A DNA stretch of 48,991 nt, taken from positions 1-48,991 of the forward strand of contig JBHGAY010000035.1 of NCBI GenBank assembly GCA_041946735.1, read 5' to 3'. Each line of letters opens with the position of its first letter. The first letter of the stretch is position 1. This DNA is from Candidatus Eiseniibacteriota bacterium (GTDB lineage: Bacteria > Eisenbacteria > RBG-16-71-46 > CAIMUX01 > VGJL01). Below the pieces are notes generated by a model. The model was not told where the DNA came from and did not search any database. It worked only from the letters and a program-made list of their open reading frames with translations. Below, piece after piece: positions 17,459-26,159 of the stretch. Made by a program: the position numbers and the translations under genes.

Positions 17459-20170
17459 TCAGTCGATGCGCACGACGCGGATCGTCCGCGTCTGACCGGG
17501 CGTCCAGAGGCGAACCCAGTAGCTACCGCTCGCGACCGCGCGGCCTTGATCGTCCTTGCCGTCCCACGCGACCTCGTGCCACCCCGCCGCGCTCGGCGCG
17601 TTCGGCAGTTCGCGCACGAGCCTGCCTTGCGAGTCGTAGACGGCGAGGCGGCTCGTCGTCGTCGAAGGAACGAGGTAGCGGATCTTCACCCCGGACGTCG
17701 TCGGGTTGGGCTCCACGCGCATGCCGGAAGCGGAGAGGCCCAGGTCTCCGGCCGACTGGACGTCGGTAGCGACGAAGCGGGCGGGAGCGGTGCAGATCCC
17801 GCGCTGATTCGGATCGGAGGCGTAGGCCCGCCACCAGTAGGTGCCCGGGTTCAGCGCGGCGGGAACCGTCCAGCTCGTCGAGCCGTCGGGATCCTGCGGG
17901 ACCCCGTCGGTCCCCGTCACATACTGCGTCAGATCCGCGTCGCTGAAGACCTGGAAGCCGTAGGTGATCGTGTCCCCTTCCGGATCGGTCGCATTGCCGA
18001 CGACGAAGGTGACGACGGTGGGCACGTTCTCCGTGCCGTCGAGCGGGTACTGCGGGGTAGGAATCGAAGGCGGGTCGTTGGCTACGCCGCCTTCGGTGAT
18101 CAGGAGATCGTCGATCCCCGCCTCCACGATGTCGTTCGCGGGAAGGGCGTCGGAGGCCTGGACACGCAGCCGCACCTGGCTCGTCATCGGGATGAAGTCG
18201 TTCAGGTCGACCCGCAGGTTCCTCCACTCCGGCAGCATGGCGACGTCGCCGAGCTGGAGCAGGTTCACCCAGGTGGCTCCGGCATCCGGGGAGACGTCGA
18301 TACGGAAGAAGTCCCCGTTGGGATCGTCGCCGTTGTCGCGCTGTCCCATGAAGTAGTTCAGCGAGAGGCGCACCCGGCCGTGGCCGGCCAGGTTGAAGTC
18401 CGGGGAGCGGCTGGCGGAGATGCCGCTGTCGACGTCGTCGGTGCCGTCGTCCCCGGTGGGGTTCTGTGCGGTGATCCAGGCGTTCACGCCAGGCGCGGGG
18501 GTCGTGTCGTCCCCCGGCTGGTGCGGCGTCTGCACCGGATCGACCCGGACCCAGGCGCCGGTCGTCGCCGTGTGGGTGACGTCCTGCTGCCAGGCGCCCC
18601 CGGTGGTCTCGAAGTCGTTCGACACGATCACCGGCAGGGAGCCGATCTCGAACTCGAAGGGGACTTCGATGCGCACGCCGCCGTCGGCGTTCGCGACGAC
18701 GGTGAAGGTCACCATGCGCCCCTGCGGGCAGATCGTCTCGGCGTGGACTTGGAACGGGTCGATCGCGTTGGTGACCGTCTCGCCCGCCCCCAGAGTCCCG
18801 AGCGGGTTGGTCGCGTCGATCAGCGTGATGTAGGGATCGTCGCAGCGGAGCTGGATCGAGAGGTTCGTGAGGTCGCTGAAGATCCCGTCGTTCACGATGG
18901 TCGCGACCATGTCGACCGTCTCCCCCGGCTCGATCTTCCCGTTGCCTCCGCTCACGACCAGGCTCTGGACCCCGATCGAAGGACCCGCGACCTGGGTCAG
19001 GTAGAGGATGGAGTGAAGGTTCTCGGCCAGGAGGCCTTCACGCTCCGATTGGTTCGGCCAGAATCCGGAGCCGCCGAACTCGGTCGTGTAGGAGAAGATG
19101 TGGTGCGCGCCGTAGGCGTAGTCGTTCATTCCGCCGTTGACCGAGTAGAGCACCTCGGGGGGCTGGCCGACGACGTAGCCGTTGTCCCGCGACCGCTCCT
19201 GGCCGACCGCGCGGAGGAGCGCGTCGTCAGGCGTGTGCTGCAGCGTGTATCCCCAGGAGAAAAGAATCAGGCCGGCGACCGAGTGCCAGGAGTCCTGAAC
19301 GACGAAGTGCCGGTCGTTCATCAGGTTGATCATCGCCTGATTCTCCGGCTCGCTCGCCGCGGACGGCCCCCAATAGGTCTCGTCGCACGGGTAGCCGGAG
19401 CCGCCGCCGTACCCCCACTCGTAGGGGTAGTTGCGGTTGACGTCCACGCCGTAGCAGCCGCCGCCGTTGTTCCTGCGGTTCTTGCGCCACATCCCGCCGC
19501 CGTTGGGGTTCGTCAGCTCGTTGTAGACGAACCCGTCGACGTTGAAGATGGGGACGAACCAGATCTCCCGGTTGTCGACGAGGAAGGTGGCGAGCGGATC
19601 GGTGCCATAGTTCTCGCAGAGGTACCGCGGGAAGTAGAGGCACATCTCGACCGTCATGATCTCGCGGGCGTGGTGGACGCCGTCGTAGAGCACTTCGGGC
19701 TCGTCCTCGTCGGCGTTCGGATTGTCGGAGACCTTGATCGCCCAGATCTGGCGGCCTTCGCCGGTCGTGCCGATCGAGAAGGGGGCGGTCGTCAGGTTCG
19801 GGTACTGGCTATGCAGGAGGTTGAGCTCGTCGATCGTCTCCTGGTAGGTGTGCCAGACGCCGTAATCGAGCACGGGAGGATTCCTCTGGACGTAGAAGCT
19901 CTCGAGATCCGGATGGACGATCTCGACGCTCCATCCCTGCTGCTCGATCTTCTCCGTGAGGGAGGGGCGGGAGAGCAGACGGACGTCGCCGTCCCCCAGG
20001 TTCATCACCTCGAGGTCGGGATGGATCTGCAGGAGCTGCTGGAGCGAGGAGCCGGCCGGCAGCCGCACGTCGATCTCCTGGTACGGCTCTTCGGCGGCCG
20101 CCCAGAGAAGCGAGGTTGTGAGCAAGAGCAGGATCGAAGCGAACAGCAGGGACCGCCCGATGCGAAGCAT
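17459..20170 (-). CDS. Secreted M14 zinc carboxypeptidase (carboxypeptidase T-like) with accessory domains and a FlgD-Ig-like C-terminal domain
   Basis: AGGAGG RBS and ATG at 20170. HARE, WRKNR, GVDVNRN, SEPE, HS and TTEFG motifs. C-terminus PNP...VYDSQGRLVREL...WDGKDDQGRAVASGSYWVRL. Confidence 0.93.
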   Translation of the reverse strand: MLRIGRSLLFASILLLLTTSLLWAAAEEPYQEIDVRLPAGSSLQQLLQIHPDLEVMNLGDGDVRLLSRPSLTEKIEQQGWSVEIVHPDLESFYVQRNPPVLDYGVWHTYQETIDELNLLHSQYPNLTTAPFSIGTTGEGRQIWAIKVSDNPNADEDEPEVLYDGVHHAREIMTVEMCLYFPRYLCENYGTDPLATFLVDNREIWFVPIFNVDGFVYNELTNPNGGGMWRKNRRNNGGGCYGVDVNRNYPYEWGYGGGSGYPCDETYWGPSAASEPENQAMINLMNDRHFVVQDSWHSVAGLILFSWGYTLQHTPDDALLRAVGQERSRDNGYVVGQPPEVLYSVNGGMNDYAYGAHHIFSYTTEFGGSGFWPNQSEREGLLAENLHSILYLTQVAGPSIGVQSLVVSGGNGKIEPGETVDMVATIVNDGIFSDLTNLSIQLRCDDPYITLIDATNPLGTLGAGETVTNAIDPFQVHAETICPQGRMVTFTVVANADGGVRIEVPFEFEIGSLPVIVSNDFETTGGAWQQDVTHTATTGAWVRVDPVQTPHQPGDDTTPAPGVNAWITAQNPTGDDGTDDVDSGISASRSPDFNLAGHGRVRLSLNYFMGQRDNGDDPNGDFFRIDVSPDAGATWVNLLQLGDVAMLPEWRNLRVDLNDFIPMTSQVRLRVQASDALPANDIVEAGIDDLLITEGGVANDPPSIPTPQYPLDGTENVPTVVTFVVGNATDPEGDTITYGFQVFSDADLTQYVTGTDGVPQDPDGSTSWTVPAALNPGTYWWRAYASDPNQRGICTAPARFVATDVQSAGDLGLSASGMRVEPNPTTSGVKIRYLVPSTTTSRLAVYDSQGRLVRELPNAPSAAGWHEVAWDGKDDQGRAVASGSYWVRLWTPGQTRTIRVVRID

Positions 20171-20353
20171 CGCCACCTCCTGAAGGGAACCCGACCTCAC
20201 CTGGAATCGAAGGGCCCGGATGGGCCCCCGAAAGATCGTGGTCAATTCTAGGCTGCCTGGGGTGGGATCACAACGGCCGTCCGGTCCGGCGCGGCGAAGT
20301 AGGACGCGGTCGCGCGGCGCGGGACGGAGACATTGCCGCCCGAAGAGGACCTC

Positions 20354-21325
20354 TCACCAGGCGTAGGCTTCGGGCGCCTCGCCTCCCGGGCCCGGCCAGA
20401 TCTCCTCCAAGCGCTTCGCAATCGGGTCTTCGATCCGGATTTCCAGCGCCCGCATCGCGTCTTCTAGCTGCGCCAGCGTGCGAGGGCCGACGATGGGCGC
20501 AGTGACTCCGGGTCGCGCGAGGACCCAGGCGAGGGCGAGGTTTGCCGGAGACTCCCCCATCTCGCGACAGAGGTTCTCGTACTGCTCGAGCTGCTCGAGA
20601 TGCTTCTCGATCCCCTTCTGGATGCCGGTCGAAGCGCGGCGCCCGGTTTCGGGACGGTCGAGGACGCCGGCGAGCAGGCCGCCGGCGAGCGGGCTCCAGG
20701 GGAGGAGCGCGATGCCGAGGGCGCGGCATGCGGGAATCACTTCCAGCTCGATGGTGCGGGCGCGGAGGTTGTAGAGGCTCTGCTCCGACACCAGGCCGAG
20801 GAGGTGGCGCTTCTGTGCGACCGCCTGGCCTCGGACGATCTGCCAGGCGGCGAAGTTGCTCGTTCCGACGTAGAGCACCTTCCCGTCTCGGATCAGGACC
20901 TCCATCGCCTGCCAGATCTCCTCCCACGGCGTCTCCCGATCGACGTGATGCATCTGGTAGAGGTCGATGCGATCGGTGCGCATCCGGCGAAGGCTCTCTT
21001 CGCACGCTCGCCGGATGTGATAGGCGGAAAGGCGTCGTTCGTTGGGGCCTTCCCCCATCCGGCCGTACACCTTCGTCGCGAGGACGACCTTCTCGCGCCG
21101 GCCCGCCCCCTGGGCGAACCAGCGCCCGAGGATCTGCTCCGTGATCCCTTCGCCGACCTGTCGGCCGTAGACGTTCGCGGTGTCGAGGAAGTTGATCCCT
21201 TCGTCGAGCGCGCGGTCGAGGATCCGATGCGCGTCGGGCTCGGGAGTCTCGGGGCCGAAGTTCATCGTGCCGAGACACAGGCGGCTGACGAGAAGACCGG
21301 TGCGGCCGAGATGCAAGTACTCCAA
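20354..21325 (-). CDS. Aldo/keto reductase
   Basis: LGRTGL.VSRLCLGTM, DTANVYG, ATK, SLRRM.TDRIDLYQ.H, WSPLAGG.L. Confidence 0.96.
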   Translation of the reverse strand: MEYLHLGRTGLLVSRLCLGTMNFGPETPEPDAHRILDRALDEGINFLDTANVYGRQVGEGITEQILGRWFAQGAGRREKVVLATKVYGRMGEGPNERRLSAYHIRRACEESLRRMRTDRIDLYQMHHVDRETPWEEIWQAMEVLIRDGKVLYVGTSNFAAWQIVRGQAVAQKRHLLGLVSEQSLYNLRARTIELEVIPACRALGIALLPWSPLAGGLLAGVLDRPETGRRASTGIQKGIEKHLEQLEQYENLCREMGESPANLALAWVLARPGVTAPIVGPRTLAQLEDAMRALEIRIEDPIAKRLEEIWPGPGGEAPEAYAW

Positions 21326-21462
21326 GGCATCCTCCCCCCTCGCGGAAAGCAGGCGGGATGCGAGGGCTTCCGTGAGTGTAGGCGACCCGTGGGAAGGACG
21401 AGCGCCGGAGGAGCCGGTAGTGGCAAATACCGGACGGGCGAGGGGTGAAGGACCCTCAGTAG

Positions 21463-21549
21463 GATCCGGTGAGAGGGAGCCGGCGAGAGGTCCGGTCAGA
21501 GATCCGGTCAGAGATCAGGGTGATAGATCCGGTGATAGAACCGGAGAGA
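21463..21549. repeat. ~12-bp tandem repeat (about x7) immediately 3' of tRNA-Asp
   Basis: GATCCGGTCAGA / GATCCGGTGATA-like units. Confidence 0.7.
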
Positions 21550-21559
21550 GGACAAAGTA

Positions 21560-21637
21560 TGGCGGGGTCGACGGGGCTCGAACCCGCGACCTCCGGCTTG
21601 ACAGGCCGGCGTTCTAACCAAACTGAACTACGACCCC
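21560..21637 (-). tRNA. tRNA-Asp (GTC)
   Basis: GGGGTCG/CGACCCC acceptor stem, anticodon arm CCGGC-CTGTCAA-GCCGG, T-loop GGTTCGAG, G discriminator and encoded CCA. Confidence 0.97.
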
Positions 21638-21675
21638 GCAGAAACCGACCGCCCCGGGTGGGGCGGACCTGCCGA

Positions 21676-21705
21676 AACCTATCCGACCCGACGGGCGACT
21701 GTCAA
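21676..21705 (-). promoter_or_regulatory. Sigma70 promoter of tRNA-Asp
   Basis: TTGACA-N18-TAGGTT on the minus strand, about 40 bp upstream of the tRNA. Confidence 0.6.
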
Positions 21706-21753
21706 TCCGCATCTTGGAGCGCGCCGCCGCCCGCCCCCCTGCGGCCCGCCGCT

Positions 21754-23229
21754 CTAGGCGGTTTCCCATGCGGCGATGAGCGCGGCCATCTCCGCCTCGC
21801 CGAATCCGCACGTCTCGGCCGTCCAAAGCGGCGAGAGCTTGCCGCGCTCGTCCGGGCCGTCCAGCAGATGAGCCACCGCCGCGATCGGCCGGCCGCCGGC
21901 GTGCGCCTCGACGAGCGCGCGCGTGGCCTGGTCCTCCGGCCCGCGGTGCACCCACCCGAATAGCACCGGCCGGCCGCCGACACCGCCGGCACCGCCGGCG
22001 CTGCCAGTGTCGACCATGGCGGCGAGCATTGCGGCGGGCGCCGCAGGGTCGCCGGCATCGTAGCGCCGGACGGTGCGGATCGAGCGCCGGACGGGCGATC
22101 CGGCGGCGGAGCCGGCGATTCGACGCGGCTCGGCGACGGGGCCGTACGGTCCCACTCGTTCCGGAAGAAGCCAGTCCCATTCCCCTCGCGGAATCTCCCC
22201 GTCCGCTCGAGCGGAGATGGCCAGCGCGCGCCCCGCGACCTCCTCCATCGCGGCAAGGGGCCAAGGGTCCGGGATCGCGCGAGCCGGCATCGAGTCGAGG
22301 AGGGCGATCGTGCGGGGATTTTGCGCGCGGTCGAGAGAGGCGGCCAGGGAGAGCCCCCCCTCCAGGTCCGCTCCGACGACGAGCAGATCGGAGCCGGCGG
22401 CGAGCGCGAGGGAACCACGCTCGGCCATGGAGCCGAAGGCGGCGAGCGCTCCCATGTCCAGAGAGTCGGTCCAGACGGGACCGAGCAGGGCAGGGATCCG
22501 CGCGAGCGCCGCGCGATCGAGCGAGACCGGTCGCGCCCCGCGTGGCGGGAGCAAATGCGCGGACAGGACGCCGGGCGCCGGTCCGTCGGCCCCGGGGTTC
22601 CACTCGCGCGCGATGCGCTCGAAGGGGCGGAGGTGGCGCTGATCGTCCTCCGACTCGTCGATCCGCGGCAGATCGAGGTGCGAGTCGAGGCGGGTGCGAC
22701 CATGGCCGGGATAGTGCTTCAGGCAGCCGTGGATGCCGGCGCTCGCCAGTCCCCGCAGCCAGGCCAGCGCGAGATCCGCGACCGCCTCGGGGTCGGAGCC
22801 GAAGCAGCGCGTCCCGAGGACGCCGCTCTCGCCACCCGGGTCGAGGTCGACGACCGGTGCGAGATCGACGTCGAGGCCGAGCAGGCGAAGCCGCCTTCCG
22901 GTCTCGCGTCCGTGCGCGAACGCGAAGGACGCATCGCCCGCGCGCCCGAGCGACCGCGCGGACGGAAGACGCGGCCACGTTTGCCCGGAGTCGTCTCGCA
23001 GGCCGTCCAGCTGCTGGATCAGCCCGCCCTCCTCGTCGATCGAGAAGATCGCGCGGGAACCCGAAGGCCAGAGCGAGCGAGCCCGCGAGATTCTCTCGCG
23101 CGCCTGCGCGACGGTCGAGCCGAGCGCGCTGCGAAACCAAAGGAGCCCGGCGACGCGCCCCTGCGCGATCGCTCGATCGAGCGGCCGCGGAAGCTCCGCC
23201 TCGCGGGCGGGAAGGATCACACGGGCCAT
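21754..23229 (-). CDS. nagZ: GH3 beta-N-acetylhexosaminidase (NagZ-like) with a C-terminal extension
   Basis: IDEEGG, APVVD, KHYPGHG, DSHLDLP (Asp-His dyad), TDSLDMGA. Confidence 0.85.
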   Translation of the reverse strand: MARVILPAREAELPRPLDRAIAQGRVAGLLWFRSALGSTVAQARERISRARSLWPSGSRAIFSIDEEGGLIQQLDGLRDDSGQTWPRLPSARSLGRAGDASFAFAHGRETGRRLRLLGLDVDLAPVVDLDPGGESGVLGTRCFGSDPEAVADLALAWLRGLASAGIHGCLKHYPGHGRTRLDSHLDLPRIDESEDDQRHLRPFERIAREWNPGADGPAPGVLSAHLLPPRGARPVSLDRAALARIPALLGPVWTDSLDMGALAAFGSMAERGSLALAAGSDLLVVGADLEGGLSLAASLDRAQNPRTIALLDSMPARAIPDPWPLAAMEEVAGRALAISARADGEIPRGEWDWLLPERVGPYGPVAEPRRIAGSAAGSPVRRSIRTVRRYDAGDPAAPAAMLAAMVDTGSAGGAGGVGGRPVLFGWVHRGPEDQATRALVEAHAGGRPIAAVAHLLDGPDERGKLSPLWTAETCGFGEAEMAALIAAWETA

Positions 23230-23236
23230 CGGACGA

Positions 23237-24613
23237 TCAGCTCTCGGGGACGCCGTACGCGCGGACGAGATCGATCCCGGGATAGTAGAAGCGGACGATC
23301 TGATCGAACGTGTAGCCCGCCTTGGACATGCCGATCGCTCCCATCTGGCACAGACCGACGCCGTGGCCGTAGCCGGCCCCCTCGATCGCCACGCTGCGCA
23401 CGCGTCCCCGCCTCCGCGACACGCTCATGTCGAGGATCCGCGCGCTCCAGAGGCCACCGCCGCCGTTGGGTCGCTTGAGGATCCATCGGACCTTGTCCCC
23501 TCCGATGCGGAAGGTCTTGTGGTCGAAGACGATCTTCATCTCCTCGACCCGGCCGGATCCGCTGCGCGAGACGACCGACAGGTCGGAGAGCCTTCCCCAT
23601 CCCGACGGATTCTTCGCGCCGGTCACCTTCGGCAGCGTGCTCTTCAGGATCTTCTCGAGCGACGAGCCGTCCCAGCGGACCTTCCATCGATGGTAGGAGG
23701 AGGCGGCGCAGAAGCTCTCCTCACCTTCGCTCGGACGGTCGGCGTGGATGCGCAGGTAGGGCCGCGCCGGCCGGTCCCAAACCTCCTCCGGCGCCGCCAT
23801 CGTCCCTCCGCAGGTCGAGCTGTAGAACGCCTCGATCGGCCGCCCGCCGGAGAGCGCCACGACGCCGCAGGTCTCGAAGACCGCGCGGTCGATCTCCGGG
23901 CGCTCCCCTTCCATTCCTTCGTAGACCTGGTCTTCGACGGTGGGGAGCAGGTCGAAGCCCCGGCCGCTCCATCGCGCAAGGCAGGCGAGCGTGTAGGAGC
24001 GCGCAGCGACCGCCTGCGCCTTGATCGCCTCGAGCTTCTCCGGTCCCCCGCCTCCGATTTCGGCGCGGACGACCCCGCGGACGTACGACTCGAGGTCGAG
24101 GACGTCGACAGCGGTCACCTTGCCGCCGCCCGAGGCAAAGACGAGAATTTCGCCGCGGTACGGCTTGCCAGCCACCCGCATCGGCATCGGCATGTCGCAG
24201 TCCGGATCGGGGAACAGGTAGAGCGTGTCGCGAGCGCCGCCCCGCGCCGTGCCACGCCCATCGGTCGTGCGAAGCAACTCCCCGTCGGCGCGGAAGGTCC
24301 AGCGCTCCCCGGCTCGCACCTTCTCGGTCTCGGCGTTCGATCCGACGATCCCAACACGCCAGTCGCCGTCGGAACCGATCTCCACCTCGGACGCATCCGG
24401 GACGATCCCGATCCGGACGATCGGCACCGGCGCAGAGACGCCGCCCGCCTCACCCCACTCGGGGATCGTCTCCATCTTCGGGGGCGGCGGGACGACCTGC
24501 GCCTTGCGCTCAGGCGGGATGGAAGGCGGGTGGGCGCGCGAGCCAGGTCCGTGGGCGCATCCCGCCGCGAACAGGAGGACGGCGAGAATGGCGGCGGCGA
24601 GACCGGCCCTCAT
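23237..24613 (-). CDS. SpoIID/LytB-domain lytic transglycosylase lipoprotein
   Basis: Lipobox AAGC; YRG, LESYVRGVV.AE, EAIKAQAVAARSY, DQVYEG and GYGHGVGLCQ.GA motifs. Confidence 0.93.
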   Translation of the reverse strand: MRAGLAAAILAVLLFAAGCAHGPGSRAHPPSIPPERKAQVVPPPPKMETIPEWGEAGGVSAPVPIVRIGIVPDASEVEIGSDGDWRVGIVGSNAETEKVRAGERWTFRADGELLRTTDGRGTARGGARDTLYLFPDPDCDMPMPMRVAGKPYRGEILVFASGGGKVTAVDVLDLESYVRGVVRAEIGGGGPEKLEAIKAQAVAARSYTLACLARWSGRGFDLLPTVEDQVYEGMEGERPEIDRAVFETCGVVALSGGRPIEAFYSSTCGGTMAAPEEVWDRPARPYLRIHADRPSEGEESFCAASSYHRWKVRWDGSSLEKILKSTLPKVTGAKNPSGWGRLSDLSVVSRSGSGRVEEMKIVFDHKTFRIGGDKVRWILKRPNGGGGLWSARILDMSVSRRRGRVRSVAIEGAGYGHGVGLCQMGAIGMSKAGYTFDQIVRFYYPGIDLVRAYGVPES

Positions 24614-24620
24614 CGTCCTC

Positions 24621-25289
24621 TCATGGGCCGGTCTGGTAGCCGAGAACGAAGCCGATGTCGTAGGCCTCGGTCGTCTCATCGGGGGTGTCGATCAGGCGGA
24701 AAATCCCCTCGAGACCGACAAACAGCCCCGAGGTGCGATAGAACTTCACGCCGGCGAGCGCCTGAAAGCCCAGGTCCCACCCGCTCCGATCGATCGTTCC
24801 CCGCTCGACCGCGTCCCCTTCGATCGGGACGCCGATCGCGTAGGAATCGCGGCGCTCGTAGCCGCCGAAGCCGGCTCCGATGTACGGCAGCCCGAAGGTG
24901 CCGATCGCCAGCGACTCGAGCTTGTAGACGAGGTCGGCCTCGATCGCGGTGCGGCGATGGGAGTCGGCGAGGCCACCAAGCGGCGCAGCGGCGCTGGCCT
25001 GCTTCGATCGCGGCGGTTCGTCTGACCCGTCGTTCCAGAGCATCGAGCCGGCGAGGCGGCCACGGAAGTCGTAGCCGAGCGGCGCCTCGAGGAAGAGCAT
25101 CGCCCCCGGACCGGCCTGCCAATCGTGCCGGGAATCATCGAAGTAGCCGCCGACGATGAAGGCGCCTCCGATTTCCAGCGGCGGGACGGTGCCCTCGACA
25201 GCTGCCGCCGCGGCGGCGGCAGAAAAGAGACCGCAGGAAGCGATTCCGCAGAGGATCAGGGCGATTCCGACGAGATCGCGGCGACGCAT
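24621..25289 (-). CDS. Outer-membrane beta-barrel protein (OmpA-like 8-stranded)
   Basis: AAGGAGG RBS; signal peptide; PYIGAGFG, GFQALAGVKF and a terminal strand GFVLGY. Confidence 0.75.
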   Translation of the reverse strand: MRRRDLVGIALILCGIASCGLFSAAAAAAAVEGTVPPLEIGGAFIVGGYFDDSRHDWQAGPGAMLFLEAPLGYDFRGRLAGSMLWNDGSDEPPRSKQASAAAPLGGLADSHRRTAIEADLVYKLESLAIGTFGLPYIGAGFGGYERRDSYAIGVPIEGDAVERGTIDRSGWDLGFQALAGVKFYRTSGLFVGLEGIFRLIDTPDETTEAYDIGFVLGYQTGP

Positions 25290-25513
25290 CGAACCTCCTT
25301 GCCCGCGCCCTCGGGCCCCGGCGGAGCGGGACGGGTTCGTCCCGGCGCGCGGCCTGCGCGAGACCCGGGCGGACGCTAGCACGGGCCTGCGACCCTCGCA
25401 AGGAATGGGCGGCGGAATGGGCATCGGGCGGCGCGGGCACGGTCCGGAGATCGGCCTTCGCCCAAACGGGCGGGCGAACCGCCCCTCGCTCACTCGCTCG
25501 TCAACTCGCTCGC

Positions 25514-25568
25514 TTGACACCTCCGCTTCCCCGGCGTTACCTTCCGTTGTTACTGAAACTGAGTCTCA
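25514..25568 (+). promoter_or_regulatory. Sigma70 promoter plus Fur box of the fur-feo operon
   Basis: TTGACA (25514)-N18-TACCTT (25538), followed by the 7-1-7 inverted repeat TGAAACT-G-AGTCTCA (25554-25568). Confidence 0.75.
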
Positions 25569-25607
25569 ACAGACACCGCCGGATTTCCCAGGGGACCAAC
25601 CCACCGG

Positions 25608-26159
25608 ATGACAAAGAGACCCGTACGGATCGCAACGGCGAGGCGGACCCTCGTCGCAGCAGGCTCGAGGTCCGGCATCGCCGCTGCGCCGGTTCTCGAC
25701 GAAGCAGCGGTGTTGTTCCGCGGATATTTGCGAAAGCAGAAACTCCGCCTGACACGCGAGAGGATGGACCTCCTCCGAGCGGCACTGGGGGCGCCGAGCC
25801 ATTTCGACGCCGACGGCCTGGCCTCGTCCCTCCGCAAGCAGGGACGGAAGGTCAGCCGGGCGACCACCTACCGCACGCTGACCCTGCTCGAGCAATGCGG
25901 AATCCTCCGCAAGTCGCTCCAGCGCGAGGGGCGCAGCCTCTACGAGACGGCGCTCGACCGCGGCCATCACGACCACATCCTGTGTCTGTCGTGCGGCCGG
26001 ATCGAGGAGTTCTTCGACGAGCGCGTGGAGAAGCTGCAGGACGAGATCGCCTCCGGCCTCGGATTCCGCGTGGTCAACCACCTCCACGAGCTTCTCGGGT
26101 TCTGCGGCCAGTGCGCGCGGCGGGACAAGGCCGACGGCAAGGGGAAGGAGAAGAGTTGA
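25608..26159 (+). CDS. fur: Fur family transcriptional repressor
   Basis: LRLTRER, HFDAD, VSRATTYRTL, HHDHILCLSCG.IEEF, CGQC. Confidence 0.93.
   Translation: MTKRPVRIATARRTLVAAGSRSGIAAAPVLDEAAVLFRGYLRKQKLRLTRERMDLLRAALGAPSHFDADGLASSLRKQGRKVSRATTYRTLTLLEQCGILRKSLQREGRSLYETALDRGHHDHILCLSCGRIEEFFDERVEKLQDEIASGLGFRVVNHLHELLGFCGQCARRDKADGKGKEKS

Noticed and set aside
17432..20251. 939-aa + strand ORF, and similar long antisense or alternate-frame ORFs (e.g. 22733-25159, 34359-36821, 37260-39464, 44904-47489)
   Set aside because: These are shadow ORFs of real genes caused by high GC3. They are Arg/Pro/Gly-rich or antisense-patterned, with no family motifs.
21326..21637. Integrative element or prophage at tRNA-Asp
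   Set aside because: No integrase, no duplicated tRNA 3' end noticed, and the flanking genes are ordinary chromosomal genes.
25514..26155. N-terminal extension of FeoB (928-aa ORF)
   Set aside because: It overlaps fur in another frame and begins at the -35 hexamer. The FeoB G1 motif starts just after the fur stop.
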